This document shows, piece by piece, positions 8,916 through 18,105 of a stretch of DNA of 64,000 nt. Positions within the stretch are counted from its first letter, which is position 1; each line of letters starts with the position of its first letter. The notes under the pieces are model-generated. The model worked only from the letters and a program-made list of their open reading frames with translations. It was not told the DNA's origin and did no database searches. Location: positions 62,001-126,000 of IMG/VR virus record IMGVR_UViG_3300025364_000003, one strand, 5' to 3'. Made by a program: the position numbers and the translations under genes.

Positions 8916-9926
8916 ATGGCAAGATCACGAAGAATTTCCAGAAAGAAGACTCCCGAGGTTGTGATTGCCGAGGGTGTTCTAACGAAAACAATTCCTGGAG
9001 ACCTTATCGATAGATTTGAGGTGCCAGAAGGCACTCGTGTTAAAATTGCACGTATTATCAATACGCCGATCGGACTACGTTTTCGTATCATTAATACGAC
9101 CAGGTGGATCCCCCAGGACAGTATCAACTGTGATTTCGATCATAATCTAATCGTCGATTATGTAAAAATCGCAAATGAAAACAGAAACAGGAAATTGACT
9201 CAGTCTGGGGACGGCTTTAACTCTAAAGGGTACAAACCTGATAAGGAGTTTGTTAGAACTGACAGTGTCTCAAGAAGGAGACATGGTAAACAAGGAAGGA
9301 CTAAAACCATGGATAAGAAAGACCTAAAAGATGCTATTGTAGCACTAACTACCGGGGACCGTGTCTCTGTGACGTTTCTTAGCACAATGCCTGGCGGTGC
9401 TTCAAACACCCGTTATGATGGCATTCGTGGCTTTGCTGGCAAGACCGTTGAGGCGACTCTTGTTGAGACGAAGAAGGGACGTGGCAAGGGCGGTTCCCAG
9501 CTGATGGTTCTCAAGACCGATGATGGTGAGAATTTTACGACTGGCACCCCACACTCTGATGTGATTCTGAACTTCACTACTCCTGCGGGTATGGTTGGTC
9601 ATGAGTCCGAGGCGGATGCTCCGAAGTCGTTCGAGACCAATGCTGGTCAGGCAGCTGAGTTGAAGGAGCAGTTCAAGAACCTCGTGGGCACTGTTGGTGC
9701 CACTGTCCGTGTTCAGTCCACCGAAAGTGAATACACGGGTGATTTCACGGTAACCGAAGTGGAGCAGCTCCGTGGCCGACACGGTCAGATTAGACTCCAT
9801 CTACAGGGTGACGATGGTCGGAACTTTACGCTCTGGAGCTACCGTCACAGTGGTGTGGTTACCAGTTTTGAAGTCCTTACTGAGGGCACCACACAGTCTG
9901 CATCTACGAGCACCGAGGCTGCTTGA
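8916..9926 (+). CDS. Hypothetical protein with duplicated beta-barrel domains (second start likely ATG 9309)
   Basis: Strong SD before 9309; internal repeat TGDRVSV..GRGKGG..TDDGENFT versus VGATVRV..LRGRHG..GDDGRNFT. Confidence 0.7.
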   Translation: MARSRRISRKKTPEVVIAEGVLTKTIPGDLIDRFEVPEGTRVKIARIINTPIGLRFRIINTTRWIPQDSINCDFDHNLIVDYVKIANENRNRKLTQSGDGFNSKGYKPDKEFVRTDSVSRRRHGKQGRTKTMDKKDLKDAIVALTTGDRVSVTFLSTMPGGASNTRYDGIRGFAGKTVEATLVETKKGRGKGGSQLMVLKTDDGENFTTGTPHSDVILNFTTPAGMVGHESEADAPKSFETNAGQAAELKEQFKNLVGTVGATVRVQSTESEYTGDFTVTEVEQLRGRHGQIRLHLQGDDGRNFTLWSYRHSGVVTSFEVLTEGTTQSASTSTEAA

Positions 9927-9980
9927 GAATTGCAGTAGCAGACTCATAGGGTTTGATAGGTTTCTGTATCTTACTCTTTA

Positions 9981-10197
9981 GGGCAAGAGCCCGTAGATTC
10001 CCCGGAGGTTGCACCCAAACAGCACGGATAAGGCCGGGTGCTGACTTGGTCCAACGGAAATAAAATTCTGGCCTTAATAGTCTTCTTGGCCTGCCCCCAC
10101 CTAGAAGATGAAGTCGCCTGGGGGAAGTCTTGGTCATGCGGGAGTGCAACCCTGATCTTGTCCAAGGCGAGCGCTCTACGGCCCTCTGAGGGCTTTT
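9981..10197 (+). ncRNA. Candidate structured non-coding RNA (~185-215 nt)
   Basis: No credible ORF; nested long-range helices GGGCAAGA/TCTTGTCC and GGTTGCAC/GTGCAACC, inner hairpins, own terminator GCCCT-CTG-AGGGC-TTTT. Confidence 0.55.
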
Positions 10198-10200
10198 AAT

Positions 10201-10232
10201 AAAGAACCGGGCTCCTGGCCCGGTTCTTTTAT
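10201..10232. terminator. Bidirectional terminator
   Basis: AAAGAACCGGGC-TCCTG-GCCCGGTTCTTTT between convergent transcription units. Confidence 0.85.
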
Positions 10233-10322
10233 TTTGGCGGTCCTGAAAGCTTCTCAGACGTTCAAGAGGACCATCTCCATCGGGTGGCTTTCCGGGATCG
10301 GTCTCATCTCTGGGAGATATTC

Positions 10323-11081
10323 TTATTCCTTTGGGAAGAGGGTTTTGACCCTCTTATTCAAGCTGGCCAGCTTCATCATCTCGCTGTAGAGTTGACCCAC
10401 TTGATTCTGGGTAGCAGTTTTATTGTTGATATCCTTGAGGTACTGTTCCAGCTCTTGGATCAGATTTGTCACCTGGTTGCAGACGGCCATCTTTCGGTTT
10501 GTCTGTTGAGCAAGTCTGCGGGCCTTTCTCTTTTCCTGAGCTTCGCCCCAATTACCGTTTTCCTTTTGTTCCTTGACCCAAGCCTTGCGGGCTTCCTTAT
10601 AAGCTGGAAGAAATCGGCGTTCCTCTAGGACTTCAAGCTTCCTACGGGTTTTCTGCCAGTCGGGATGCCGATGCGTTTCGCTCGGACCATCCACCTCATC
10701 GGTCATGTATCGAAGATGGGGAGCGCCTTTCACCCAAACGATGGTCTTGAAGAAGGACCAGCCTCCCATACGGAGGAACACCTGGCCAGAAGGTGTAATT
10801 GCAAAATTAATCCTGGCATAAGACATGTTCTTAGCCCAATGATTTACTGACTTTTCGACCTCATAAGGCTTAAAATTTGGGTCGGCCTTCTCGGTTCGTT
10901 CTATAGCTTTCAAAAATTCACGGGATGTTCCAGAGAACAATCGAATGTCGTCGTAACAGTAAAGAACCCCGTGGTGTCGAGCGTACTCATTGGCATATTT
11001 CCAAAGGTCAGGAGCCGGAGGAGCCTTGTAAGACTTATAGCAGGGTAGCAGTTCGATTTCGTAGTTCTTTTTATTGTTCAT
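10323..11081 (-). CDS. Hypothetical protein
   Basis: 252-aa ORF with plausible composition and coiled-coil C-terminus. Confidence 0.75.
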   Translation of the reverse strand: MNNKKNYEIELLPCYKSYKAPPAPDLWKYANEYARHHGVLYCYDDIRLFSGTSREFLKAIERTEKADPNFKPYEVEKSVNHWAKNMSYARINFAITPSGQVFLRMGGWSFFKTIVWVKGAPHLRYMTDEVDGPSETHRHPDWQKTRRKLEVLEERRFLPAYKEARKAWVKEQKENGNWGEAQEKRKARRLAQQTNRKMAVCNQVTNLIQELEQYLKDINNKTATQNQVGQLYSEMMKLASLNKRVKTLFPKE

Positions 11082-11374
11082 TATTGCTTCACTTCCTTGG
11101 CGTTAACCGTAGTAGAGATTGAAAAGGTACGAAGTACAGTGCCCTCATAATTCGAGACCTGAACCACTACGGTATCATCCTTGAGCGAGATGACACTGGT
11201 AGGATAATTCCGTAGCTTTGCAGCCATGTGGTAATCGCATACCACTTTACCATTTCGACTCCCTTTTCTGGGTATCTGAAATATACGATATTCAAGGGAA
11301 AGTATGAACCAGATAACGAAAAAAGGCGCCTCCCTAAACGGGGACGCCTTGGTGGCTACTGCTCAAGTGTTCAG

Positions 11375-11755
11375 TTAGCCCCAATCCTCCAGCGCCTTCT
11401 TTACGTCTGCATGGTAGTCCCCCTCATAGGTACCTCTGCCCTTGTGTCCCTCATCGGTGGCCACCACATAGAGATCCTCTGAGCCGTTATTTAGCTCCAC
11501 CCACTGGACAACTGCACCCAGGTAGGGAACCCCATCCCTGTCTTCGGTGGAATAATATTTCGCATCCTGAGGGTCCAGGGGAAAATAAATACGGTCACCT
11601 GGTCGAGGCACGATCGGATATCCAGCTTCGGCATGAACAGAGACGGGTCGGAAAGGATTTTCTCCCCTGAGCTTGGCCATCCTGATCTTTAGGTCTCGGT
11701 TGGCGAAGCCCTCATAATAAATAATATTAAGCTTATGCACCATCAACCTCGACAA
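11375..11755 (-). CDS. Hypothetical protein
   Basis: PIVPRPGDRIYF core; start uncertain. Confidence 0.65.
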   Translation of the reverse strand: MSRLMVHKLNIIYYEGFANRDLKIRMAKLRGENPFRPVSVHAEAGYPIVPRPGDRIYFPLDPQDAKYYSTEDRDGVPYLGAVVQWVELNNGSEDLYVVATDEGHKGRGTYEGDYHADVKKALEDWG

Positions 11756-11942
11756 ACTTATCCGGGGGGTAACAAACCATCAACGAATACCCATTATCCC
11801 ATTCTACGGAAATCTGCCAAAACTGTTGTGGAGCGCCGAGGTAAATTAGTTCCGCTGAGGTGACCGTTCCTTCGGTGCCAGGAGGGATACCCTCTGGGTC
11901 GTCCATTTCGATAAGACGAATTCTCTGTCCTGTTTTAACCAT
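11733..11942 (-). CDS. DUF4314-family protein
   Basis: G.RIRLIEMDDP...PPGTEGTV....ISVEWDNG.SL....D pattern; TAATG coupling. Confidence 0.8.
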   Translation of the reverse strand: MVKTGQRIRLIEMDDPEGIPPGTEGTVTSAELIYLGAPQQFWQISVEWDNGYSLMVCYPPDKFVEVDGA

Positions 11943-12493
11943 TATTTGTTCTCCGGTCCTGTGCAATCGCTTGCATCATGGATAAGGTCAGTATAGCAGT
12001 ACCAGTCCCCCTGGTCAAGCTGATTATATTCGCCCTCGGAAACCGACCACGTAGCCGTTTGGCCTCGATAGGCAATGTCGACCGTCCAATACTCGGGATA
12101 GGTCGTACAGCTTGTGTGACCGTCCGAATCCGTAGTGCAACGAGTCTCCGGGGGGTGATACTCCTTGGAAGTGACCACACCCTCCTGAATATCAGTAAAA
12201 TACTGATATACGGACAATCCAATCATTCCAACAATGAACAAGAAAATCCCGCCAATGGCTAGGTTGTGAAAGCTCGGCATTGCCGGTATAGAAGGCATTG
12301 CTGGCATAGAGAAATGCCGGCGAGACAAAGAATGCTTAAGCGAAGCCTTTTTTTCCTTGGTGCGACGAAGTTCCTCTTCGGCCTTTCGGACCTTTTCGAA
12401 CATTTCCTCATCGTCAGCCTTGGCTCTCGCCAGCTCATCACGGAGCCTGGCGATTTCCTTTTCTTTGGCTGCCAGCGTAGGGTCTCTGTACAT
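11942..12493 (-). CDS. Membrane-anchored protein (coiled coil, one TM helix, exported beta domain)
   Basis: ATG 12493 coupled to the upstream stop; TM LAIGGIFLFIVGMIGLSVY; EGVVTSKEYHP..CT..CT..YW motif. Confidence 0.75.
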   Translation of the reverse strand: MYRDPTLAAKEKEIARLRDELARAKADDEEMFEKVRKAEEELRRTKEKKASLKHSLSRRHFSMPAMPSIPAMPSFHNLAIGGIFLFIVGMIGLSVYQYFTDIQEGVVTSKEYHPPETRCTTDSDGHTSCTTYPEYWTVDIAYRGQTATWSVSEGEYNQLDQGDWYCYTDLIHDASDCTGPENK

Positions 12494-12774
12494 TAGCGCA
12501 CCTTTGCTGAAAGGGGCCAGTACCAAGGGTACCGATGGAAATAGCCAGAGACGAAACCGCCCCTGCCCAGCTTTGGAAGCTTCATTCCATTTGGGTCGTC
12601 CGCCTCGTCTGGGGGATGCTGGCACTTGTGCCCGGCGATCATCAGTGCTTTTGGCTCCTCCAGGAGCAGAGACACGAAGTGTAGGTTGAGCCATCCAGAA
12701 CGGTCAACATGGAACGTAAGATAAAAGGGACCGACTTTTACATCGGTCTCGATATCATGTCGCTTGCGGTTCAT
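12493..12774 (-). CDS. Hypothetical protein
   Basis: 93-aa ORF inside the minus-strand operon. Confidence 0.65.
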   Translation of the reverse strand: MNRKRHDIETDVKVGPFYLTFHVDRSGWLNLHFVSLLLEEPKALMIAGHKCQHPPDEADDPNGMKLPKLGRGGFVSGYFHRYPWYWPLSAKVR

Positions 12775-12785
12775 TTTATACTAGT

Positions 12786-12977
12786 CTAATAAGAGGTATT
12801 GAGGATGCACTCGTGAAAATGATAGTTCGATTCGGAGATGTAAGCCCTGGGCAATCGGACCTTCTCCTGGGCCATGTGCTTGCACATGGCTTCTTCGGCC
12901 TTTTCTTCGGAGCTGAAGACGCCCAGGAAAGTCATATCCTTGTCGGGGTGCGACTCTACGTAGGTAACTGCCCACAC
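12786..12977 (-). CDS. Small protein with LGVFSSEEKA motif (common phage beta-beta-alpha family)
   Basis: WAVTY...FLGVFSSEEKAEEA; start uncertain. Confidence 0.6.
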   Translation of the reverse strand: MWAVTYVESHPDKDMTFLGVFSSEEKAEEAMCKHMAQEKVRLPRAYISESNYHFHECILNTSY

Positions 12978-13478
12978 TTCCTGATCATCGTCCTCGTCCT
13001 GGACGTATTTGGTGGAAAAATCCTCCTGAAGGATTTTGCTCTTGAACTCGATGATACATCATCGCCCAGGACCGCCGTTGCCCGCCTCATGATGTAAAAA
13101 TAGGATACCACATGGGCATCCTGTTTTGAACTCATTAACGGATTTTGCGGACAAGAACCTCGTGGAAATCAAAACACCTCGATCACGAGGACGTAGCGGT
13201 CGCTGTGCCTGGTATAGAGCTTGCTCTTGGCGTGAGCCTCAGAACGAGCCTTGGTACGCCACCAGTGCTTGACGCCATCGATGCTATAGTGTAGTTCGAA
13301 CATTTCACACTCCCGTAAGATGTGCGAGAATCGTTGCCGTGGTACAGGGGTCGAACGACCCCAACCGCCACATGAGTTTAAACATCCAGAGTCGCATCCT
13401 TTCTTTTCCTCTCATTAGTCCTTATAAGGTAGCACAGCTAGAGGAAGATGTAAACCTATTTTAGGATATTGGTGATTC

Positions 13479-13853
13479 TCAGAACGTGGAGGTATCGATA
13501 TAGCCACGACGGAAATAGTTGGCCAAAGCCTTGGTCTCATCCGAAGTGAGCTTGTCCAGAGCCTTCGCCACCAGGTTATCAGCGTCCTTACTGTAGGGGC
13601 TCCTGATGGAGTAGGTAGCACCGACCTCGGCTCTAAGAGCATCGGTCACAGCCTTGCCGCCTCGCTCCTCCAGTTGACAGAGGCTCGGGGCGACCCGCCA
13701 CTTGGCTCCAACCTTGGTTCGACCGCCCCTTCCTCGGCCCTCCAGAGTCTGGACCAGCAAGGTCTTTCTGTTGATCTTCACGATCTGACCAAGGGTCTGT
13801 TCGCCGTTCGGACGTCCGAACGTGACCACATCATCGATTCTGAATCCACTCAT
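13479..13853 (-). CDS. Hypothetical protein, SH3-like N-terminus with RG loop
   Basis: FRIDDVVTF...GQIVKINRKTLLVQT..GRGRGG...WRVAPSL. Confidence 0.75.
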   Translation of the reverse strand: MSGFRIDDVVTFGRPNGEQTLGQIVKINRKTLLVQTLEGRGRGGRTKVGAKWRVAPSLCQLEERGGKAVTDALRAEVGATYSIRSPYSKDADNLVAKALDKLTSDETKALANYFRRGYIDTSTF

Positions 13854-13864
13854 TTTATTACCTT

Positions 13865-14092
13865 TCAGTCTAGGGGACCTTCCCCGTCATTGGGGGCAAG
13901 CCCTCGAAATTCGTTGCAGAGGTGGAAGAAATCCGTGAGACTATGCCGCTTTGCAAACAAAACTCGGTCTCCCACAAGGCCAACCTCGAAGGTACCGCCG
14001 GTATTTCGAGCGATGCGCTGCTCGAAGGTAACCCTACCAAGCTTATTCTGCTCGGCGATTTCCTTCACATCCTCATGAGTTAGACTTGCCAT
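13865..14092 (-). CDS. Small hypothetical protein
   Basis: GAGG SD before ATG 14092. Confidence 0.6.
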   Translation of the reverse strand: MASLTHEDVKEIAEQNKLGRVTFEQRIARNTGGTFEVGLVGDRVLFAKRHSLTDFFHLCNEFRGLAPNDGEGPLD

Positions 14093-14099
14093 GTTTTCC

Positions 14100-14345
14100 T
14101 CAGGAGCAGTTAGGAACCTTCGGACCATCGGGTTTGGAAAATAGCGAGATGACTTCGAAATGGTCCGGATGTTGAGATCTTACTCCTGGACCTGGTGCGT
14201 CTCCTGGGTCTCCACAGCACGCTCTGCGATGCTCAGCCCCCACCAGATAGCATATCCGATACCACCCATGGTCGCCAGGCTCAACATGATACAAAAAGCG
14301 AACCAGAGCCCAAACCGAACCCAACTCGCTTAAACGTCCTGCCAA
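14100..14345 (-). CDS. Small hypothetical protein
   Basis: 81-aa ORF filling the gap in the operon. Confidence 0.5.
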   Translation of the reverse strand: MAGRLSELGSVWALVRFLYHVEPGDHGWYRICYLVGAEHRRACCGDPGDAPGPGVRSQHPDHFEVISLFSKPDGPKVPNCS

Positions 14346-14373
14346 AATGATCTTCCCTCATTTTATTCCTTCT

Positions 14374-14988
14374 TCAGTTGGAAGCCGCATGGCTTCCATC
14401 TTCGTTCAACCAAGGGCACTTCTCGTTGTAGAGAGCCGTAGCCTTGTCGCCCAGCTTCTCCATGAGAGAGCGAATCTCATTCATCCGTCGATTGCCAGCT
14501 GCGTAGACGCTGTAGTCATCGGAGTAGTGGTAATACCAATCGTGATTGGTGACCAGGCGCTCGAACTTTTCCCAATCCGTCTCGATCATGGTCTCCCAAA
14601 CCGTGAACACGTCATGGACAGCTGCCGGGTAGGTACAACCGTCGACCGACGGCAGCTTTCCCTGAAGCTCTCCAAGCTTACGGTTACGGGCATCACGGAG
14701 GAGCTTTTCCTCGCAGCGAATGTCCTCCGCACGGCCACGGTAGCGCTTCTGGAACCTCGGAAGCTTTTCCAGCTCTTGGATCCTTCGTCGGCACTCCTCG
14801 TCCACCGGAGCTGTCAACTTCTTCCAGGCATCGGACTTGCGCTGGTTAGCCTCGCCGCAGCGCTTGACGGCTTCCTCACGGAGAGCTGTGCGCTCCGTCT
14901 TGGACAGCTGCTTGTAATCCTCGAAGTAATAGCTCTGGCCATCGACTCGGACGAAATCGAAAAACTGACCGAAGGTGTGCCTGTACAT
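14374..14988 (-). CDS. Hypothetical protein with HDWYYHYSDD motif
   Basis: Own promoter (GG-TTCAAA-17-TATATT) and GAGGAG SD; C-terminal HDW.Y.YSDD motif recurrent in phage proteins. Confidence 0.8.
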   Translation of the reverse strand: MYRHTFGQFFDFVRVDGQSYYFEDYKQLSKTERTALREEAVKRCGEANQRKSDAWKKLTAPVDEECRRRIQELEKLPRFQKRYRGRAEDIRCEEKLLRDARNRKLGELQGKLPSVDGCTYPAAVHDVFTVWETMIETDWEKFERLVTNHDWYYHYSDDYSVYAAGNRRMNEIRSLMEKLGDKATALYNEKCPWLNEDGSHAASN

Positions 14989-15075
14989 TCGCTATCTCCT
15001 CTTTCCTTGATATGCTACGAATATAGCATATTGCCAGAGGGGTTTGAACCTATTAGCAAAAGGTTTGGGTTACAG

Positions 15076-15363
15076 TTATACTGGATTCTTTAGCACGAGC
15101 TGATCTTGTGTGGCTGGAACAAAATCACCCCAACGTGCTTCTGTGCCCAGGAAACGAAGCCCCTTGACCTGATCATCCTCGAAGAGGATTCGGAACTGAT
15201 ACCTCTGGACCTTGTCCAGATGCTCCCACTGGAGTCCAGATAGCTTGGCGGCCATATAAAAGGGTCCGCCCCCTCCAACATAATCTTCGGGCCATACGGA
15301 GGCATTCTCATCCTCCACCCACATTTCCTGTTCGGGGTCGTACTCAATCGTAACGAAATTCAT
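15076..15363 (-). CDS. Hypothetical protein
   Basis: 95-aa ORF with AGGA SD. Confidence 0.65.
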   Translation of the reverse strand: MNFVTIEYDPEQEMWVEDENASVWPEDYVGGGGPFYMAAKLSGLQWEHLDKVQRYQFRILFEDDQVKGLRFLGTEARWGDFVPATQDQLVLKNPV

Positions 15364-15395
15364 GTTCGTTTCCTGTGCGAAAGGTGGAACTGGAT

Positions 15396-15545
15396 TTACC
15401 TGTAAGGTCCAAACATTATGCTTTTTTTGGGTAACCAGAATTTATTGATATACCATCGGCTGATGGCATGACCTATCATGATTCCCAGGATAAACAACCT
15501 GACATGTAGCCAAGTTTTAAACAGAAATATTGCAATTGTAAGCAT
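15396..15545 (-). CDS. Small membrane protein
   Basis: Hydrophobic 49-aa ORF downstream of tRNA-Glu. Confidence 0.45.
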   Translation of the reverse strand: MLTIAIFLFKTWLHVRLFILGIMIGHAISRWYINKFWLPKKSIMFGPYR

Positions 15546-15666
15546 TTGATTTAGGCTCCTACCCGGCATTGCAGCACGAACCAAGTCGACATTGGTTCTC
15601 GGGATCTTCTGTGAGCAATTTCCCAATGGGAACACAGATGTTCTCTGCTTGAACTATAAGAGCTAG

Positions 15667-15739
15667 TGACCCCAACGGGATTCGAACCCGTATTAACAGC
15701 GTGAAAGGCTGCTGTCCTGAACCGTTAGACGATGGGGCC
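15667..15739 (-). tRNA. trnE: tRNA-Glu(UUC)
   Basis: GGCCCCA/TGGGGTC acceptor stem, GCAGC-CTTTCAC-GCTGT anticodon arm, GGTTCGAATCC T-arm; followed by CTA, not CCA. Confidence 0.95.
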
Positions 15740-15902
15740 AAGCGTGTAGAAGTTGCGACCCACAGAGTCTACACCCTCTGTGCATGTCCAGCAGTGTCGG
15801 TGGTGGCCATTTGTAGTGCGGGCCTGTTAGGAGGCAACCGCCGGGGGACATTATTAGTTTAGCAGGAATTAGCTTGAATATGAACCCCATTGGGGAATTT
15901 AG

Positions 15903-16301
15903 TTATTCTCGGTTGTCTTTACAGCGATGACAATCATCACAAAGGGGTTGAATGTTGTCAACAGTGTTGGAACCGCCATCACTCATCGAGTGGATGTGAT
16001 CAAGTTGTAAATTGAGATCAAATGTTCTGCAATAGCTGCATTTATGCTTGTAATCAAGCAAAATCTGGGCCCAGGCCCGAGATTGCAGTCTGCCAGGCAG
16101 TTTTCTCTTTTTTGCTCGTCTGTTGTGCCGATGAGTTCTTCGTTGGCTGTCAGCAAAACAATCGTAACAAATTTTGTATTGTCGTTTGTTTGCGACGCAT
16201 TGCTGATCAATGGTATGTCCTCTGTTTTGTTTTAGGCAACAAAGCGCACAGTGCACCTTTGTCGTGTTGAGCACAACAATGGGAGGAGCTGACAGTGACA
16301 T
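15903..16301 (-). CDS. HNH endonuclease with N-terminal Cys motif, inside the tRNA cluster
   Basis: CSYC...LDHIHSMSDGGSNTVDNIQPLCDDCH. Confidence 0.9.
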   Translation of the reverse strand: MSLSAPPIVVLNTTKVHCALCCLKQNRGHTIDQQCVANKRQYKICYDCFADSQRRTHRHNRRAKKRKLPGRLQSRAWAQILLDYKHKCSYCRTFDLNLQLDHIHSMSDGGSNTVDNIQPLCDDCHRCKDNRE

Positions 16302-16335
16302 AACTTTATCAATTTACTGTAAAATGCTTCGCTTA

Positions 16336-16419
16336 TAGGGCCGGTGGGACTCGAACCCACAAGGGCTTGCGCCCGAGAGATTTTAAGTCTCCTCTGTATG
16401 CCAATTCCAGCACGGCCCC
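16336..16419 (-). tRNA. trnL: tRNA-Leu(UAA)
   Basis: Anticodon loop CTTAAAA, long variable arm GGGCGCAAGCCC, GGTTCGAGTCC T-arm; no encoded CCA. Confidence 0.95.
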
Positions 16420-16502
16420 GTGAAATGTTTAACTATAGGTCACCCAAAGTCCCTGCATCCACTTTGAAAAAATGGTGACTAAAATCTTACTCATATCATT
16501 GA

Positions 16503-16575
16503 TGGGTCCAGAGGGAATCGAACCCCCAACCGTCGGGTTAAAAGCCCGCTGCTCTGCCGATTGAGCTATGGACCC
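16503..16575 (-). tRNA. trnK: tRNA-Lys(UUU)
   Basis: GGGTCCA/TGGACCC acceptor stem, loop CTTTTAA, GGTTCGATTCC T-arm; no encoded CCA. Confidence 0.95.
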
Positions 16576-16659
16576 AATACCAGGTTCTCCCACCATTGGG
16601 ACATTGCCTGGCTAGAACATCTCTATGTTAGCATGCCCGAGCCCAAGTTTGAACCGATT

Positions 16660-16944
16660 TTAGTTCTTGCTGTTGCTCTTAGGCATGAAAGCCCAGAGGA
16701 ACAGTGTGGTCACAAAGGCGTGCCAGTACGAGATCGCATGGGGCAGCATGGGCACCATAGCCGGAACGTACCAGGCCCAGAGCAGCTGAAACAGCCAGGC
16801 GAAGCCGAACAGTAGTCCGACATTCAGAGCGAAACCCAGGAACATGAACGTGGTCGCCTGCGACTTGGTTGCACCCTTGAGCCAGAGCTTCGTGAAGCCA
16901 AGGAGGGGCACGTGTACATTGTAATTGCTGTTGTATCCGAACAT
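16660..16944 (-). CDS. Small membrane protein (2 TM)
   Basis: Two hydrophobic segments; AAGGA SD. Confidence 0.75.
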   Translation of the reverse strand: MFGYNSNYNVHVPLLGFTKLWLKGATKSQATTFMFLGFALNVGLLFGFAWLFQLLWAWYVPAMVPMLPHAISYWHAFVTTLFLWAFMPKSNSKN

Positions 16945-17055
16945 TTTCCATTCCTTCTTTTAAAGGCCCAGAGCTGCACGCTCATCAAAGGTGTGAACCG
17001 ATTATAGAATATTGGTGGCTACAGTATAGATGTAATTTGATAGGGGCGGAAAGTT

Positions 17056-17433
17056 TCAGTAGGAACTTGCGAGTTCCTTGGCATTTGCCAGGATGGTGGG
17101 CCAGGGATGGTTCTCCAGTTCCTCTTGAGCTGCTAGGAGGAGGGCTTGGTTCTTTTCGGAGTTGTTCTTCTCCACGAGAAGGCGCAGGTCGTCGACCTTG
17201 CGGAGCAAACTCTCGTATTCCTGACGAGTCGGCTTGGTGTCGCCGTGTCCGGCCTGACAGAGGAAGCAGAAGTGCTTCTTCTTGTGCATGTAAATGCTTC
17301 GGGCAATTGGTGCTCCTCGATGGTAAGGACACATACCCTGCCCCAAAGCGTTCTTCATCAAGGAATCGCCACCATTATGCCTGTAAGGCGGCTGCTGGAC
17401 CACATATGTCATATCACCGTCGTCGTTGCTCAT
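17056..17433 (-). CDS. Putative Zn-finger / coiled-coil protein
   Basis: CPYH...CFLC motif then coiled coil; GAGG SD before ATG 17433. Confidence 0.7.
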   Translation of the reverse strand: MSNDDGDMTYVVQQPPYRHNGGDSLMKNALGQGMCPYHRGAPIARSIYMHKKKHFCFLCQAGHGDTKPTRQEYESLLRKVDDLRLLVEKNNSEKNQALLLAAQEELENHPWPTILANAKELASSY

Positions 17434-17496
17434 TTGTTTACCTCTTGTTATAAACACTGGTAGGCTACCATAGATGCAGCCACAATTTTACCTAAA

Positions 17497-17679
17497 TTAG
17501 ATTGGCTTCCAATCTTCATCCAGCTCGGTTACGTGCTCCACATGGGTCTCTTCCTGATACATCTCGTCGAGTTCCCCTCGGCGAATGACTTCTTCCACCT
17601 TTTTCTGAGCTTCTCGCCAATCTTTGGCTTCGACAAAAACCTGTGTAGAAACCGAAACCTTATACTTTCTCTTAATCAC
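17497..17679 (-). CDS. Small hypothetical protein (DpnD/PcfM-like pattern)
   Basis: KYKVSV.TQVFVEAKDWREA; GTG start overlapping the upstream stop. Confidence 0.55.
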   Translation of the reverse strand: MIKRKYKVSVSTQVFVEAKDWREAQKKVEEVIRRGELDEMYQEETHVEHVTELDEDWKPI

Positions 17680-17909
17680 TAAGTTCCTCCTCTGATGTTG
17701 CTGCAAAGCCAACACCTGGCATTCCAGTCGGTCTTTTCCGCACGAAGAGCCTTGAGCCATTTCTCTTCTTCTTTGCGGCAGTCCTTGAACAGGGTCACAA
17801 GCTCTTGATCTTTATTTTTGTATGCTTGGCCCACCAGTTTTTTATAAGAGGCCACACGGGCCTCTGAGGCCGCAATGTACCTAGAAAGTGTTTTGCCCCA
17901 ATCTTCCAT
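17679..17909 (-). CDS. Small coiled-coil protein
   Basis: 76-aa ORF in the operon. Confidence 0.65.
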   Translation of the reverse strand: MEDWGKTLSRYIAASEARVASYKKLVGQAYKNKDQELVTLFKDCRKEEEKWLKALRAEKTDWNARCWLCSNIRGGT

Positions 17910-18105
17910 ATTACTTTAGATAAAAGAGAAGGTTACCCTCTCTTTTGCGAAGAGGGGAAGTTTCTTCTTTGTTCTCGAAGTGGCAATCCACGCAAACATG
18001 TGCCTGTTCCGACACTCCTGCGAACCGTTGTATCACAGTGCACGCAACGAGTCATTGTCCACCAGAAAACGAGTTTTTTCCAAAGTTTCTGAAGCCAATA
18101 CATGC

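Noticed and set aside
12977-13165. A second in-frame TGA readthrough upstream of the 12786 gene
   Set aside because: The frame is open on both sides of a TGA, but the upstream peptide has no recognisable features, so this is too weak to call
15545-15900. HDV-like (theta) ribozyme beside the tRNAs
   Set aside because: Hairpins are present, but I could not build the nested P1/P2/P3/P1.1 double pseudoknot at any tRNA 3' end
17910-18105. Sigma region 4.2 encoded by a frameshift downstream of either sigma
   Set aside because: The frames I read after sigma A give no TLEEVG/RERIRQ-like HTH, and sigma B is followed by a double stop and a terminator
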